DNA from: Spirochaetia bacterium
GTDB taxonomy: Bacteria; Spirochaetota; Spirochaetia; SP-2023
Direction of reading: 5' to 3'
Length of the DNA stretch: 64,000 nucleotides
NCBI GenBank assembly: GCA_965263295.1
Contig: OZ253665.1
Coordinates: 992,001 to 1,056,000, forward strand
Made by a program: the position numbers and the translations under genes. Below the pieces are notes generated by a model. The model did no database searches. It was given only the letters and a program-made list of their open reading frames with translations, and was not told the origin of the DNA. Positions 39,130-48,619 of this stretch are shown here, piece by piece. The first letter of the stretch is position 1, and the number at the start of each line of letters is the position of its first letter.

Positions 39130-41796
39130 CTAGGATCCCAAGGTCTTGGATACAATTTCACAGAGCCGCTCTGAAATCCCTGGATTTTCCAAGATTCGTT
39201 TCAGGGCATTGCCCATGGCCATGGTCTGCTGGGTTTGAGTATCCAGCCGCTTATAGGCGACAAAACATTTTGCCAAATCTGCAGCCATAATGCTGTTAAA
39301 ACGATCAATTTGCAAGATCCGCTGAGCTAGAAAATCATAGGCCGGCCAATTGGAGTCGGGGCCAGGGTTGTGGAAAGCCGAGAGGTTGTGGCCCAAGACA
39401 GAATATAAAGAGCGCAGCATATTGGGATTATCGTTTTGGAATAAAGGATGTCGTTCCAGTTGTCGCACCTGTTCGAGCGTGCTGGCTGCCGTAGTGGTTT
39501 CAGGCACCCTCGCTTGCAGGGCGAACCAGCGGCAGACGACCGGAAAATTATCTTGCCAACGCGCACAAAAATGCTGTAAGGCGCTTGAACTGTGTTGCGT
39601 GGGCCAGCAGGCTAAAGCTTGTAGGGCGGCGTAGGAATCCGTCATATTGGTGGCCGCCTGATATTGCCGGTAGGCCAAATGCGGGTATTTTGCGGTAGCT
39701 TCAAGGTGGCAAAGGTAGTGCAAAAGGGTATTGCGCAGGGCCCGTCGCCCGACAGCCAACTCGCTGCGCTCGTAGTGTTCTTGATGTAAGGCATGGTAGC
39801 AGTCAAGCATCTCGTCTTCAAGTTGGCGGGCAAACTCACGGCAGTAGGCGGTGCGCAACTGTTGCAAGACTAAAAATTGTGCTTCGGTCTGCCTGGCGGC
39901 CAGTGTCTCTAGGCTGGGGGCCTGCAGCAGTTGCGCCAAATAGCGCGGGCTCAAGCTGTCGTCACTCGCTTGGCCTTGGCCGGCCTGCTGCAGCCAATTG
40001 CGAATTTGCGCCACGTATTTTGGATCCAGTGCGACATCTTGAGCCGGCCGCAGGCCCAGGACTAGATTTTGCAAATATCTCTGCATGGCTTCATAACGAT
40101 TCAAGGCGTCTTGGTCGCTGGATATCAGGCGCAGTAGCTCGGCATCGCTATAGTCGTAATGGACTTCCAATGGGCTGATGTGATCGAGCAGCAAGGAAGG
40201 GACGGGTTTGCTTGAGGTCCTGAGCGGGTAGTGCAGCCGCGTTTCGCGCTCTGAGATGAGTATTTGGTCTTCCCACAGCTTTTGGCCGCTGGCGGCATCG
40301 TAAAGGGCCAACGGCAGCGGAAAGGCCAGCGGAGGGAAGTCCCCCGCCATTTTCTTGGAACCGACTACCGCGGCATTCGGGTTCTCCTGCTTTAGATGCA
40401 TGACGAAGTTGGCGCCGTCCCATTCGGAGCGGACATATAATTGGGGTGTTCCGGCCTGTTCGTACCAGCGTCGCAGGAGGCTTAGATCTTTGCCGCCGCC
40501 ATCTTGAATCGCGTCGACAAAGTCGTCACAGCTGACGGCCTGGCCGTCAAAGCGCTCAAAATAGCAGTCCATGCCCCTGCGGAAACCGTCCTGACCGAGG
40601 TGGAAAGCCATCATCCGTATGACGGCGGCTCCTTTTTCGTAGACTGTCTGGGTGTAGAAATTATCGACATCGACAAAAGAGTCCGGACGAATGGGGTGGC
40701 GGTTGGGGCCGGCGTCTTCGGGATATTGATTGTTGCGCAGATTGTCGACTTGCTTGACGCGGTAGACCTCGCGGCCAAATTGGGTTTCGCTGAACAGTTC
40801 GTCGCGGTAGACCGTCAGCCCTTCTTTCAAGGTTAGCTGGAACCAGTCGCGGCAGGTAATGCGGTTGCCCGTCCAGTTGTGGAAATATTCATGGGCAATT
40901 ACTGTGGCGATGCGTTCATACGTCTCGTCTGTAGCCGTCGTTTCACTGGCAAATATCAGGCTGGAATTGAAAATATTCAATCCTTTGTTCTCCATGGCAC
41001 CCAAGTTGAAAGAATCCACGGCCACGATCATATATAGATTCAGGTCGTATTCGCGGCCAAAGTGCTGCTCGTCCCATCGCATCGCCAGCTTCAAACTTTC
41101 CATGGCGTGCCGGGCCTGCGCCGTTTTGCCCTGATCCGTATAAATTTCCAGGGCAACCCGGCGGCCGCTGCAAGTGGTAAAACTGTCGCTGAGCAAGTCG
41201 AGGTCGCCGGCAACCAGGGCGTAAAGATAGGCCGGTTTTGCAAAAGGATCTTCCCAGCGCACATAGTGACGGCCTTGCGGCAAATCTTTATGATCCATTA
41301 GATTGCCATTGGATAACAGGCGTGGATACCGCACTTTGTCGGCGGTGATCTCTGTCACAAAGCGACTCATTACGTCTGGGCGATCGGGGTAAAATGTAAT
41401 GTGATGAAAACCCCTGGCTTCATTTTGGGTACAAAGGATCGGGCCCGAACGATACAGTCCTTCCAGCGATTTATTATTGTACGGATCAATTTTAACCTCG
41501 GCGGCAAAGATAAAGCTTTGTTTCCCCGCTGTGTCGAGTAATTCTAACTTGTGGCCGGTGTATTTGTAGTCACAAGTTTCAGTCAAAACTTTGCCGTCCA
41601 GTTTCAAGCTGATGATTTCCAGGCCCGCGCCATCCAGTACACAGTTTTGCGCTTGTCCTTGGTATTGAGAGTTCTGGAGGAACTTCAGCGTGCTGCGCAC
41701 CACGACATATTGGGCCAAAATATCGAAAGCCAGCTGGCAGTGCTCCACTGCAAATGGGAAGGGTTGATAATCTGTGCGGTATTTTAGCTGGGCCAT
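39130..41796 (-). CDS. pepN: Aminopeptidase N (M1)
   Basis: GAMENK and HEYFH...E motifs, YEKGA; start MAQLKYRTDY at 41796 with a GGAGG RBS. The ORF-track extension is repeat-derived. Confidence 0.96.
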   Translation of the reverse strand: MAQLKYRTDYQPFPFAVEHCQLAFDILAQYVVVRSTLKFLQNSQYQGQAQNCVLDGAGLEIISLKLDGKVLTETCDYKYTGHKLELLDTAGKQSFIFAAEVKIDPYNNKSLEGLYRSGPILCTQNEARGFHHITFYPDRPDVMSRFVTEITADKVRYPRLLSNGNLMDHKDLPQGRHYVRWEDPFAKPAYLYALVAGDLDLLSDSFTTCSGRRVALEIYTDQGKTAQARHAMESLKLAMRWDEQHFGREYDLNLYMIVAVDSFNLGAMENKGLNIFNSSLIFASETTATDETYERIATVIAHEYFHNWTGNRITCRDWFQLTLKEGLTVYRDELFSETQFGREVYRVKQVDNLRNNQYPEDAGPNRHPIRPDSFVDVDNFYTQTVYEKGAAVIRMMAFHLGQDGFRRGMDCYFERFDGQAVSCDDFVDAIQDGGGKDLSLLRRWYEQAGTPQLYVRSEWDGANFVMHLKQENPNAAVVGSKKMAGDFPPLAFPLPLALYDAASGQKLWEDQILISERETRLHYPLRTSSKPVPSLLLDHISPLEVHYDYSDAELLRLISSDQDALNRYEAMQRYLQNLVLGLRPAQDVALDPKYVAQIRNWLQQAGQGQASDDSLSPRYLAQLLQAPSLETLAARQTEAQFLVLQQLRTAYCREFARQLEDEMLDCYHALHQEHYERSELAVGRRALRNTLLHYLCHLEATAKYPHLAYRQYQAATNMTDSYAALQALACWPTQHSSSALQHFCARWQDNFPVVCRWFALQARVPETTTAASTLEQVRQLERHPLFQNDNPNMLRSLYSVLGHNLSAFHNPGPDSNWPAYDFLAQRILQIDRFNSIMAADLAKCFVAYKRLDTQTQQTMAMGNALKRILENPGISERLCEIVSKTLGS

Positions 41797-41836
41797 TGGC
41801 GCCTCCTGTCTCGTTCTGCTGCAAGAGTATACTGGC

Positions 41837-41935
41837 GCCAATGAAGAATGCCAATGAAGAATGCCAATGAAGAATGCCAATGAAGAATGCCAATGAAGAA
41901 TGCCAATGAAGAATGCCAATTGAAGAATGCCAATG
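41837..41935. repeat. 13-bp tandem repeat (gccaatgaagaat) x~7.5
   Basis: Six perfect copies, one copy with a 1-nt insertion and one partial copy, in the pepN leader. Confidence 0.97.
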
Positions 41936-41970
41936 GCATGACTTTGTGGCCGGCTATTTCAAAAGTTGTG

Positions 41971-42039
41971 TTTTCCAAATCGTCTTTTCTAAGTCGTCTT
42001 TTCTAAGTCGTCTTTTCTAAGTCGTCTTTTCCAAATCGT
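41971..42039. repeat. 14-bp tandem repeat (ttttctaagtcgtc) x5
   Basis: Three identical central copies flanked by two variant copies (ttttccaaatcgt). Confidence 0.95.
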
Positions 42040-42044
42040 TTTGA

Positions 42045-42072
42045 TTGGCAAACGGCGGGCATTTTGTATAAT
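42045..42072 (+). promoter_or_regulatory. Putative sigma-70 promoter of metA
   Basis: TTGGCA-16 nt-TATAAT, about 35 nt upstream of ATG 42107. Confidence 0.5.
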
Positions 42073-42106
42073 AAATCGCCATCCAGAGCTACAGGAATTT
42101 CTGAAC

Positions 42107-43063
42107 ATGCCCATAAACATTCGCAAAGAGCTTCCGGCTTACAGCAAGTTGATCGAAGAAAATGTCTTTGTCATGACGGAATCTCGGGCTGTCCATCAGG
42201 ATATCCGCCCGATCAATGTCCTGATTCTCAACTTGATGCCGCAAAAGATTGTGGCAGAAACTCAACTGTTGCGTTTGTTGGCCAATACGCCGTTGCAGAT
42301 TGACGTTGAATTTCTGTGTGTTTCACGCGCGACTGGACACACGCCAGAAGACCACCTGAAAAGCTTTTACCGTACTTTTCAGCAGGTGCGTGAGCGCAAG
42401 TTTGACGGCTTTATTGTCACAGGGGCGCCGGTAGAAAACCTCGCGTATGAAGACGTCAGTTACTGGGATGAGTTGTGCCATATCTTTGACTGGGCAGAGC
42501 ACTATGTCTACTCTAGCTTGTTTATTTGCTGGGGGGCCATGGCCGCGCTTTACCACTACTACGGTATCGCCAAGCATCTGACGGCGCGCAAGGTCTGCGG
42601 GGTCTATCGCCACTGTGTCGAGAATTCGGCGTTCCCGCTGACGCGTGGTTTTGACGATCATTTTTACGCCATCCACTCGCGGCATGCAGAGTTGAGGCGC
42701 GAAGACCTGGATGCCGTCAATCCGGCGGGCGCGCGGGCGGGCGCACAGGCGGGCGCAAACGGGGAGCTGTGCCTGCTTTCCAGCTCGCCTGAAGGGGGCT
42801 TGTACCTACTGCAGACCCGCAATGGGCGCAAGGTCTTTGTCACCGGTCACGCGGAGTACGACCCAGACACTTTGAAACAAGAATACTTGCGAGACCAGGA
42901 GCGGGACATGGACCCCGATATTCCACGCAATTACTTTCCAGAAAATGATATCGACAAGGTTCCTTACGTGACTTGGCGGGCCCACGCCACGCTGTTGTTC
43001 AGCAACTGGATCAATTACTACGTCTACCAGGAAACACCGTACCGCCTGGAAGAAATTCATTAG
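42107..43063 (+). CDS. metA: Homoserine O-acyltransferase (MetA family, probably acetyl-specific)
   Basis: MPINI, LNLMP, TGAPVE, ICWGA, HSRH, GHAEYD, NWINYYVYQETPY. Confidence 0.95.
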   Translation: MPINIRKELPAYSKLIEENVFVMTESRAVHQDIRPINVLILNLMPQKIVAETQLLRLLANTPLQIDVEFLCVSRATGHTPEDHLKSFYRTFQQVRERKFDGFIVTGAPVENLAYEDVSYWDELCHIFDWAEHYVYSSLFICWGAMAALYHYYGIAKHLTARKVCGVYRHCVENSAFPLTRGFDDHFYAIHSRHAELRREDLDAVNPAGARAGAQAGANGELCLLSSSPEGGLYLLQTRNGRKVFVTGHAEYDPDTLKQEYLRDQERDMDPDIPRNYFPENDIDKVPYVTWRAHATLLFSNWINYYVYQETPYRLEEIH

Positions 43064-43073
43064 CGGCAGCGCG

Positions 43074-43649
43074 ATGAGTGCCGCGCAGCGACCGAGCACG
43101 GAGAGGAGGGATGCCAAAGTGCGCCAGAGCGAACGCAAAACCCTGCCTGTTTGTCAGAAATGCGTTTATTACAAAGTGACTTGGGATAGTTTGCACCCTC
43201 ATGCATGCCTGTTTTTTGATTTTAAAAGTATGCAGCTGCCCGCAGTTGAAGTCTGTAACAGCACCGGCATGGCTTGCCCGCAATTTCGGCTGAGTCAAGT
43301 CCATGCACGGCAAGCTGCCGCGCAAAAAAACGGTTTTCGGAGCCATGTAGGGAACTCTGTCAAAAATCTGTCGCAAAAGGTTCTGCCCGTAAATGCTCCG
43401 CTGGAGGATGCTGCGCTAGGCGATGCTCCGCATTATTCGGCGAGTGGGGAGCTCTCGCCGCCCGCTCCGGCCTCTCCGGCCTCTCCTATGGTTCAGGATG
43501 CGACACGGGAATCAGCAAATAAAAGCTGGGGTGACCAACAAGAAGTTTCCGAAAAACCGCAGGAGGCTCCGTCGTCTGGCGTTCGGGCCCCAGTCTCCCG
43601 TTCGGCGCAGCTGGGGCGCATCCTGGGCGAGAGGGGAATCTTGTTATAA
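43074..43649 (+). CDS. Hypothetical protein with a four-Cys domain and a disordered tail
   Basis: CQKC..YYKVTWD..HAC..F.FKS..LP...C..F; its stop overlaps the murC ATG (TAATG). Confidence 0.65.
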   Translation: MSAAQRPSTERRDAKVRQSERKTLPVCQKCVYYKVTWDSLHPHACLFFDFKSMQLPAVEVCNSTGMACPQFRLSQVHARQAAAQKNGFRSHVGNSVKNLSQKVLPVNAPLEDAALGDAPHYSASGELSPPAPASPASPMVQDATRESANKSWGDQQEVSEKPQEAPSSGVRAPVSRSAQLGRILGERGILL

Positions 43650-45280
43650 TGCTGCGCGACGAGCAGTTGGGCAGGCTGCGGGAGATTTTCAGCCGCGGGA
43701 ATTTCGGCAGCTGTACAGATCTTGCCGGCAAGCGAAGCATGGCTTTCAGCTTGTATTTTATCGGCATAAAAGGCACCGGCATGTGTGCCTTGGCCCAGTT
43801 GCTCAAGTGCCTGGGTTATATTGTCAGCGGCAGTGACGTCGAAGAGCATTTTTATACCGATGAGTTGCTGGCCGCCAGTGATATTCAATACCATAAAGGA
43901 TTTGCTGCCGGCAATCTGCCCCTCGTGTGCGACCTGGTCATTCATTCGGCGGCCTACGACGGCGGCAACCCGGAATACGCGGCGGCGCAGTACCGCATGG
44001 AGCGGGGAGAACTTTTGCTGCTCAGTTACCCAGAGGCGCTGGGCTATATTTCTCACGCCTATCGCGCGTGTATGGCTGTCGCCGGGGCCCACGGCAAGAC
44101 GACCTCAACCCTGCTTTGTAGTGCCTTGATGAAGGCGTTGAAATTAGAGGGCGCGGCATTGGCTGGGGCCGGCGCCGCACATCTTGAAGGGAATGCCTTT
44201 TGGATGCAAGGTGGCGAGTTGCTCGTCGTCGAGGCTTGTGAGTATCGCAACCATTTTTTTCATTTTGACCCCTCCATTGTGCTCCTGACCTCGCTTGAGT
44301 GGGACCACCAGGACTTTTTTACTACATATTCAATGATGCAAAATAGCTTCCGCGACTTTGTCGCCAAGCAAAGTGTGCGCACTGTGGTCTATTGCCGCGA
44401 CGATAAGGGCGTGCGCGAACTGGTCGCCGAGATTCAAGGACAACCAGCGCGGGATGTGGCGGGCCGGCAGCCCGAATTTGTGCCATACGGTTTTAGTGCC
44501 GACGGAGACTTTGCCATTGGCCGCATTGATAGCGCCGCGGGTCAGACGGTATTAACTTTGTCGGCTCTGCCAGAGTTTCCCTTGCGCCTGCGCGTGCCGG
44601 GCGAGCATTTGGCATGCAATGCGCTCGGAGCTTTGGCCGCCGTCTACCACAGTCATCTGATCCAACGAGACAGCGGCCGGCAAGGTCGCCACTGCGACTT
44701 TGCCGCGTTCTTACGTGAGCATTACGAGCAAATTAACGCGGGGTTGCAAGAATTTCGCGGCGCGTCGCGCCGCTCTGAATTATTGGGTGAGATATCTTGG
44801 GAGATCGCGCCAGGCAATTCGCCGCAAAATACAGACAATAAGCTTTTGGTGCTGGATGACTATGCCCATCACCCCACGGCGGTGCGCAAGACCGTGGCCG
44901 GCCTGAAAAAGTTTTATCCGATGCGCCGTCTGGTGCTGGACTTTATGTCCCACACCTACAGTCGTACCATGAGTTTGCACCGTGAGTTCAGCCATTGCTT
45001 TAATGACGCCGATGTACTGATATTACATGACATTTATGGCTCGGCGCGGGAGCGCGCGCGCGACGAATATAGCGGCCGCATGCTCTGGGAATCCGTGAAT
45101 GAAATTCGCCGCGGACAAGGTTTGCTTGAGGCCTTGTATTTTCCCCAGCCGTTGGACGCCCTCGGCGCGTTGGACGATATCTTGCGGCCAGGGGACCTTT
45201 TTGTCACCATGGGAGCGGGAAATAACCGTGAGCTGGCCTTGAATTTATTGCTGAAAAAGCGCGGCGAGACTTCGCCCTAA
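43649..45280 (+). CDS. murC: UDP-N-acetylmuramate--L-alanine ligase
   Basis: FIGIKGTGM, GSD, GAHGKTTS, EACEY, DDYAHHPT, HTYSRT, TMGAG. Confidence 0.95.
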   Translation: MLRDEQLGRLREIFSRGNFGSCTDLAGKRSMAFSLYFIGIKGTGMCALAQLLKCLGYIVSGSDVEEHFYTDELLAASDIQYHKGFAAGNLPLVCDLVIHSAAYDGGNPEYAAAQYRMERGELLLLSYPEALGYISHAYRACMAVAGAHGKTTSTLLCSALMKALKLEGAALAGAGAAHLEGNAFWMQGGELLVVEACEYRNHFFHFDPSIVLLTSLEWDHQDFFTTYSMMQNSFRDFVAKQSVRTVVYCRDDKGVRELVAEIQGQPARDVAGRQPEFVPYGFSADGDFAIGRIDSAAGQTVLTLSALPEFPLRLRVPGEHLACNALGALAAVYHSHLIQRDSGRQGRHCDFAAFLREHYEQINAGLQEFRGASRRSELLGEISWEIAPGNSPQNTDNKLLVLDDYAHHPTAVRKTVAGLKKFYPMRRLVLDFMSHTYSRTMSLHREFSHCFNDADVLILHDIYGSARERARDEYSGRMLWESVNEIRRGQGLLEALYFPQPLDALGALDDILRPGDLFVTMGAGNNRELALNLLLKKRGETSP

Positions 45281-45364
45281 AATTCTTGGATGTGCCTAAT
45301 ATGCTTGGGGCAACTTGCAAAAGCGGCCTGCAAACAACGGCCGGGCTAAACGCAAAGAGAGATT

Positions 45365-46549
45365 ATGATTCAAAGTTTAACAGCCAGTATAGACGTTTCC
45401 ACAGAAGAAATATCGTTGCCCGCGCCTCTGCTCAATGCGTTGCGCAAAATTTGCCCCGGCACCTGGCGCATGCAATTGCGCAGTTTGAATCAGCGTTTTT
45501 TTGAGCTAAACTGCATGGTGCCCGACTTTGCCCCTGAGTTGGAAGTCCCTTTGCGTAAATTGTTGCAAAAAAGTTTATTGCGAGGTCGAATTGAGTGCCG
45601 TTTGAGCTACACTCCTGAAATGCTGACCCGGCAGGCGCATGATAAAGAGTCGGGCAACGGGGCAGAAGGCAGCAGATCGGCTTGCCGTTTTGACTACCAG
45701 TTACTGTGTGTCGAACTGCGGCAGCTGCATGATTTGCAGCGCCTGGCCAAAGATTTTGGCATGGATTTGCCGAGGCCCAGCTCGTTAGAACTTTTGCAGC
45801 ACTGCCGCTATCTGCAGCAGCAGGAAAATACGGCGGCAGGAGACCCGCGGCAGATTGAGGCCAAACAGCTTGGGACAAAGCGGGATGGTGATGGGAGCGC
45901 AGCAGCTCCCAACTGGCAACAGGCTGTCCTGGAATTCTCGCGCCAAGTTTGTCAGCGTTTAATTGTCGCAAGACAAGTTGAGGGCTTGGACTTGTATCGC
46001 GAGTTGTTGCAGTTGCACCATGGTTTTGTCGCCCAATGTCAGCGAGCGCAGGGCCTGGAAGCAGAAATTCCAGGCCACTACCGCCGTCAGCTGCTGGACA
46101 AGTTGGGACAATTGCAAGAAGCCTTCACAGATGCAGACCGAGAGCCGCAGATTGCCAGCGACAATCGCGAAGCTTGCAAGGAGGGTTTGCGCTGGCCCGG
46201 CGAAGAGCGCTTGCTGGCCGAGTTGAGTTTGTTTTTGGCCAAAGGAGATGTGCGCGAGGAACTCAGTCGCCTGCGCATACACGCAGAGCGGTTTTTTACT
46301 GTCTTGCAAGGGGCCCACGAGGCGGGGGCCAAACAGCTCGACGGAGCTGTAGCGGAGACAGAGCTGGCTCTGCCTCTGCAAAGCGAAGCTAGTTGCTGTG
46401 CCAAAGAGCTCGACTTTCTGCTGCAGGAAATGAACCGCGAGGCCAATACCCTGGGCAGTAAAAGCCCGTTGGTCGAATTACAGCAAGTGGCAGTGCAACT
46501 GAAAGTCATCATTGAGCAGATGCGGGAGCAGGTGAAAAATGTCTTGTGA
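45365..46549 (+). CDS. yicC: YicC/YloC family protein
   Basis: MIQSLT, RSLNQRFFE, RGRIE, DVREELSRL, LDFLLQEMNREANTLGSK, EQMREQVKN. Confidence 0.9.
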   Translation: MIQSLTASIDVSTEEISLPAPLLNALRKICPGTWRMQLRSLNQRFFELNCMVPDFAPELEVPLRKLLQKSLLRGRIECRLSYTPEMLTRQAHDKESGNGAEGSRSACRFDYQLLCVELRQLHDLQRLAKDFGMDLPRPSSLELLQHCRYLQQQENTAAGDPRQIEAKQLGTKRDGDGSAAAPNWQQAVLEFSRQVCQRLIVARQVEGLDLYRELLQLHHGFVAQCQRAQGLEAEIPGHYRRQLLDKLGQLQEAFTDADREPQIASDNREACKEGLRWPGEERLLAELSLFLAKGDVREELSRLRIHAERFFTVLQGAHEAGAKQLDGAVAETELALPLQSEASCCAKELDFLLQEMNREANTLGSKSPLVELQQVAVQLKVIIEQMREQVKNVL

Positions 46550-47132
46550 GGCGACAGAACAACTGACGGAACTGGTTTGTAAAAAAACAATAAAGGCCAT
46601 TGCGATTTCGGGTCGCAGCGGCTGCGGCAATACCACGGTAAACCATTTGGTGGCTCAGAGGCTGGGTTTTCAGGGCATAAATTATACCATGCGCAACTAT
46701 GCCGAACGGCATGGAATCAGCTTGGAAGAAGTGGCCCGCCAGGCGCGGGAAACCCCCAAAATTGATCAGGAGATTGACCGCCACCAGGTTGAAATGTGTT
46801 TGCGCGCAGCCAGCCAAGGAGTGGTGTTGAGTAGCCGCTTGGCCATCTGGCTCTTGCCTAAGGCTAGTTTAAAAGTTTACCTGTACGCCGACAATGAGGT
46901 GCGCGGCCGGCGTATTTTACAGCGTGAGGGCGGCAACCTGCAAGAGCAGCTGCGCCAGACGGAAGCCCGCGACGCGCGCGATGCCCAGCGTTACCGCAAG
47001 CTCTACGGCATCGACAGTCAGGATATTTTCTTTGCCGACCTGATTATTAACATAGAATCCTTTGACCAGTATCAGGTTGCCAATATAATAGTTGAAACTT
47101 TTCGCCTGCGGCAATCTCGGCAAGGAAACTGA
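46539..47132 (+). CDS. cmk: Cytidylate kinase (spirochaete/archaeal type)
   Basis: AISGRSGCGNTT, SRLAIW, RILQREGG, RYRKLYGID. Confidence 0.85.
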   Translation: MSCEATEQLTELVCKKTIKAIAISGRSGCGNTTVNHLVAQRLGFQGINYTMRNYAERHGISLEEVARQARETPKIDQEIDRHQVEMCLRAASQGVVLSSRLAIWLLPKASLKVYLYADNEVRGRRILQREGGNLQEQLRQTEARDARDAQRYRKLYGIDSQDIFFADLIINIESFDQYQVANIIVETFRLRQSRQGN

Positions 47133-47185
47133 GGGAAACTTTTGCAGACGAATTTTCAGGAGCTTCTATCCGGTGCATTATCCAA

Positions 47186-48616
47186 ATGCTCAAAAAGTTT
47201 GCCGGGCTTGCGATTCATATGACTGTGCGCCTGTCATTCTCTTACTGGCCTGTATTTTGTGCCTTGCATCTCGCGTTCGTTTTCACGCGCGGCGAGCTGG
47301 AGTTTGGCGCGGCTTGGGAACTGTGGGCTGAGGGCCAACTGCCTTCGGGCCGCGGCCAGAAATACGATAACCCCAACAGGAGCTTTGAGCCAAAGGCGCT
47401 GATGGTGCGCCCGCCCGCGGGCGGCGCTCGGCAACAGCAGCAGATCGGAGCACCCGGCTCCGGGCTGAGTACCGGTGCGCCGCCGTCGTATGCCGATCCG
47501 CGTTTTATTATTCGGCAGGATCCCTATACTTCAATCACCGAGAAGTTGGATACTTCGGTCCGCGACGGCATGGTTTACGTCAACAGCGCGTATTATATAA
47601 TGGGCGGTAGCCAGGGCGAGTATAGCGTCAAGACGCCCGGACACCGAGTGGTGGTGCGCAGTTTCTGGATCAGCCCTTACGAAGTTTACTGGAAGCTGTG
47701 GAATGACGTACTGCGCTGGGGCATTGGACACGGCTATCGCTTTGCCCACCCCGGCCGGGCTCGGCGCGTCACGCCTCTATCGGGCCTGGACAACCCGGTG
47801 CACAGTATCAACTGGTTTGACGCCATTGCCTGGTGCAACGCTTATTCTGAGGTGCGCGGCCTGGAACCGATCTATCGCTACAATTCGACTGTCACAAATT
47901 ATGTGGTGCGTTCCTCGGTGGATCGCAAGATTTTGAGCAGTTTGTACATTGATTATACGGCCAACGGCTATCGCTTGCCGACTGAGGCCGAGTGGGAACT
48001 GGCCGCACGCGGCGGGGTCGCCGGCAAAGGCTATTTGTTTGCCGGCAGCAATCGCGAAATTGATGTGGCCTGGTACTGGGGTAATACTTTGGGCAAGCGT
48101 TATTCTCAGCCAGTGGGCCTGCTGCGCCCCAACGAGCTGGGGCTCTACGATATGAATGGCAACTTGGCGGAGTGGACTAATGACTGGTACTCCGAGGAAT
48201 ATTACTACAGCAGCCCGGTGGACAATCCGCTCGGCCCAGGTTCGGGCAAATACCGCGTATTGCGTGGGGGGTCCTTCCTGAGCCGCCCGAAGCAAGACTT
48301 TTTCAACCGGCGCGGCAAGTGCATCCGCTGCAATCGACCCGCTAGAAATGGCGGACAGTCTTGGCTGGCCATTGAAACGCGCGAGCGCATGCTGCCAAGT
48401 TCGCGGGCCCAATGGATTGGTTTTCGCCCGGTGCGCGCTGCGATTTTCCGCCCGGTGGAATATTTGCAGCTGGACGAAAAAGCCGAGCTGGGCTATCGCC
48501 CCGTTCCCAGTACTCCAGAGCAACTGGATAACGAAATCAATGACGCATCGCCGTATATTTATTCGCTGGACCCTAACTACAGAACCCCAAATCAGCCCTA
48601 TCGCCAGGAGGAATAA
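47186..48616 (+). CDS. FGE-sulfatase (SUMF1) domain protein
   Basis: PVHSINWFDAIAWCN, YRLPTEAEWELAARGG, PNELGLYDMNGNLAEW, RVLRGGSF, IGFR. Confidence 0.92.
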   Translation: MLKKFAGLAIHMTVRLSFSYWPVFCALHLAFVFTRGELEFGAAWELWAEGQLPSGRGQKYDNPNRSFEPKALMVRPPAGGARQQQQIGAPGSGLSTGAPPSYADPRFIIRQDPYTSITEKLDTSVRDGMVYVNSAYYIMGGSQGEYSVKTPGHRVVVRSFWISPYEVYWKLWNDVLRWGIGHGYRFAHPGRARRVTPLSGLDNPVHSINWFDAIAWCNAYSEVRGLEPIYRYNSTVTNYVVRSSVDRKILSSLYIDYTANGYRLPTEAEWELAARGGVAGKGYLFAGSNREIDVAWYWGNTLGKRYSQPVGLLRPNELGLYDMNGNLAEWTNDWYSEEYYYSSPVDNPLGPGSGKYRVLRGGSFLSRPKQDFFNRRGKCIRCNRPARNGGQSWLAIETRERMLPSSRAQWIGFRPVRAAIFRPVEYLQLDEKAELGYRPVPSTPEQLDNEINDASPYIYSLDPNYRTPNQPYRQEE

Positions 48617-48619
48617 GTT

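Noticed and set aside
41797..41978. N-terminal PepN extension and ORFs reading (MAFFIGILHWHSSL)n
   Set aside because: Translations of the 13-bp repeat; PepN has a good RBS and start at 41796.
41837..42039. Repeat arrays as CRISPR
   Set aside because: Units are 13-14 bp, head to tail with no spacers, and no cas genes are present.
46578..46640. Cmk P-loop lacking the Walker A lysine (GCGNTT) as a sign of inactivation
   Set aside because: As I recall, this variant is normal in spirochaete Cmk; the rest of the ORF is intact.
47186..48616. Diversity-generating retroelement at the FGE-domain gene
   Set aside because: No reverse transcriptase, accessory gene or adenine-variant template repeat was seen in this window.
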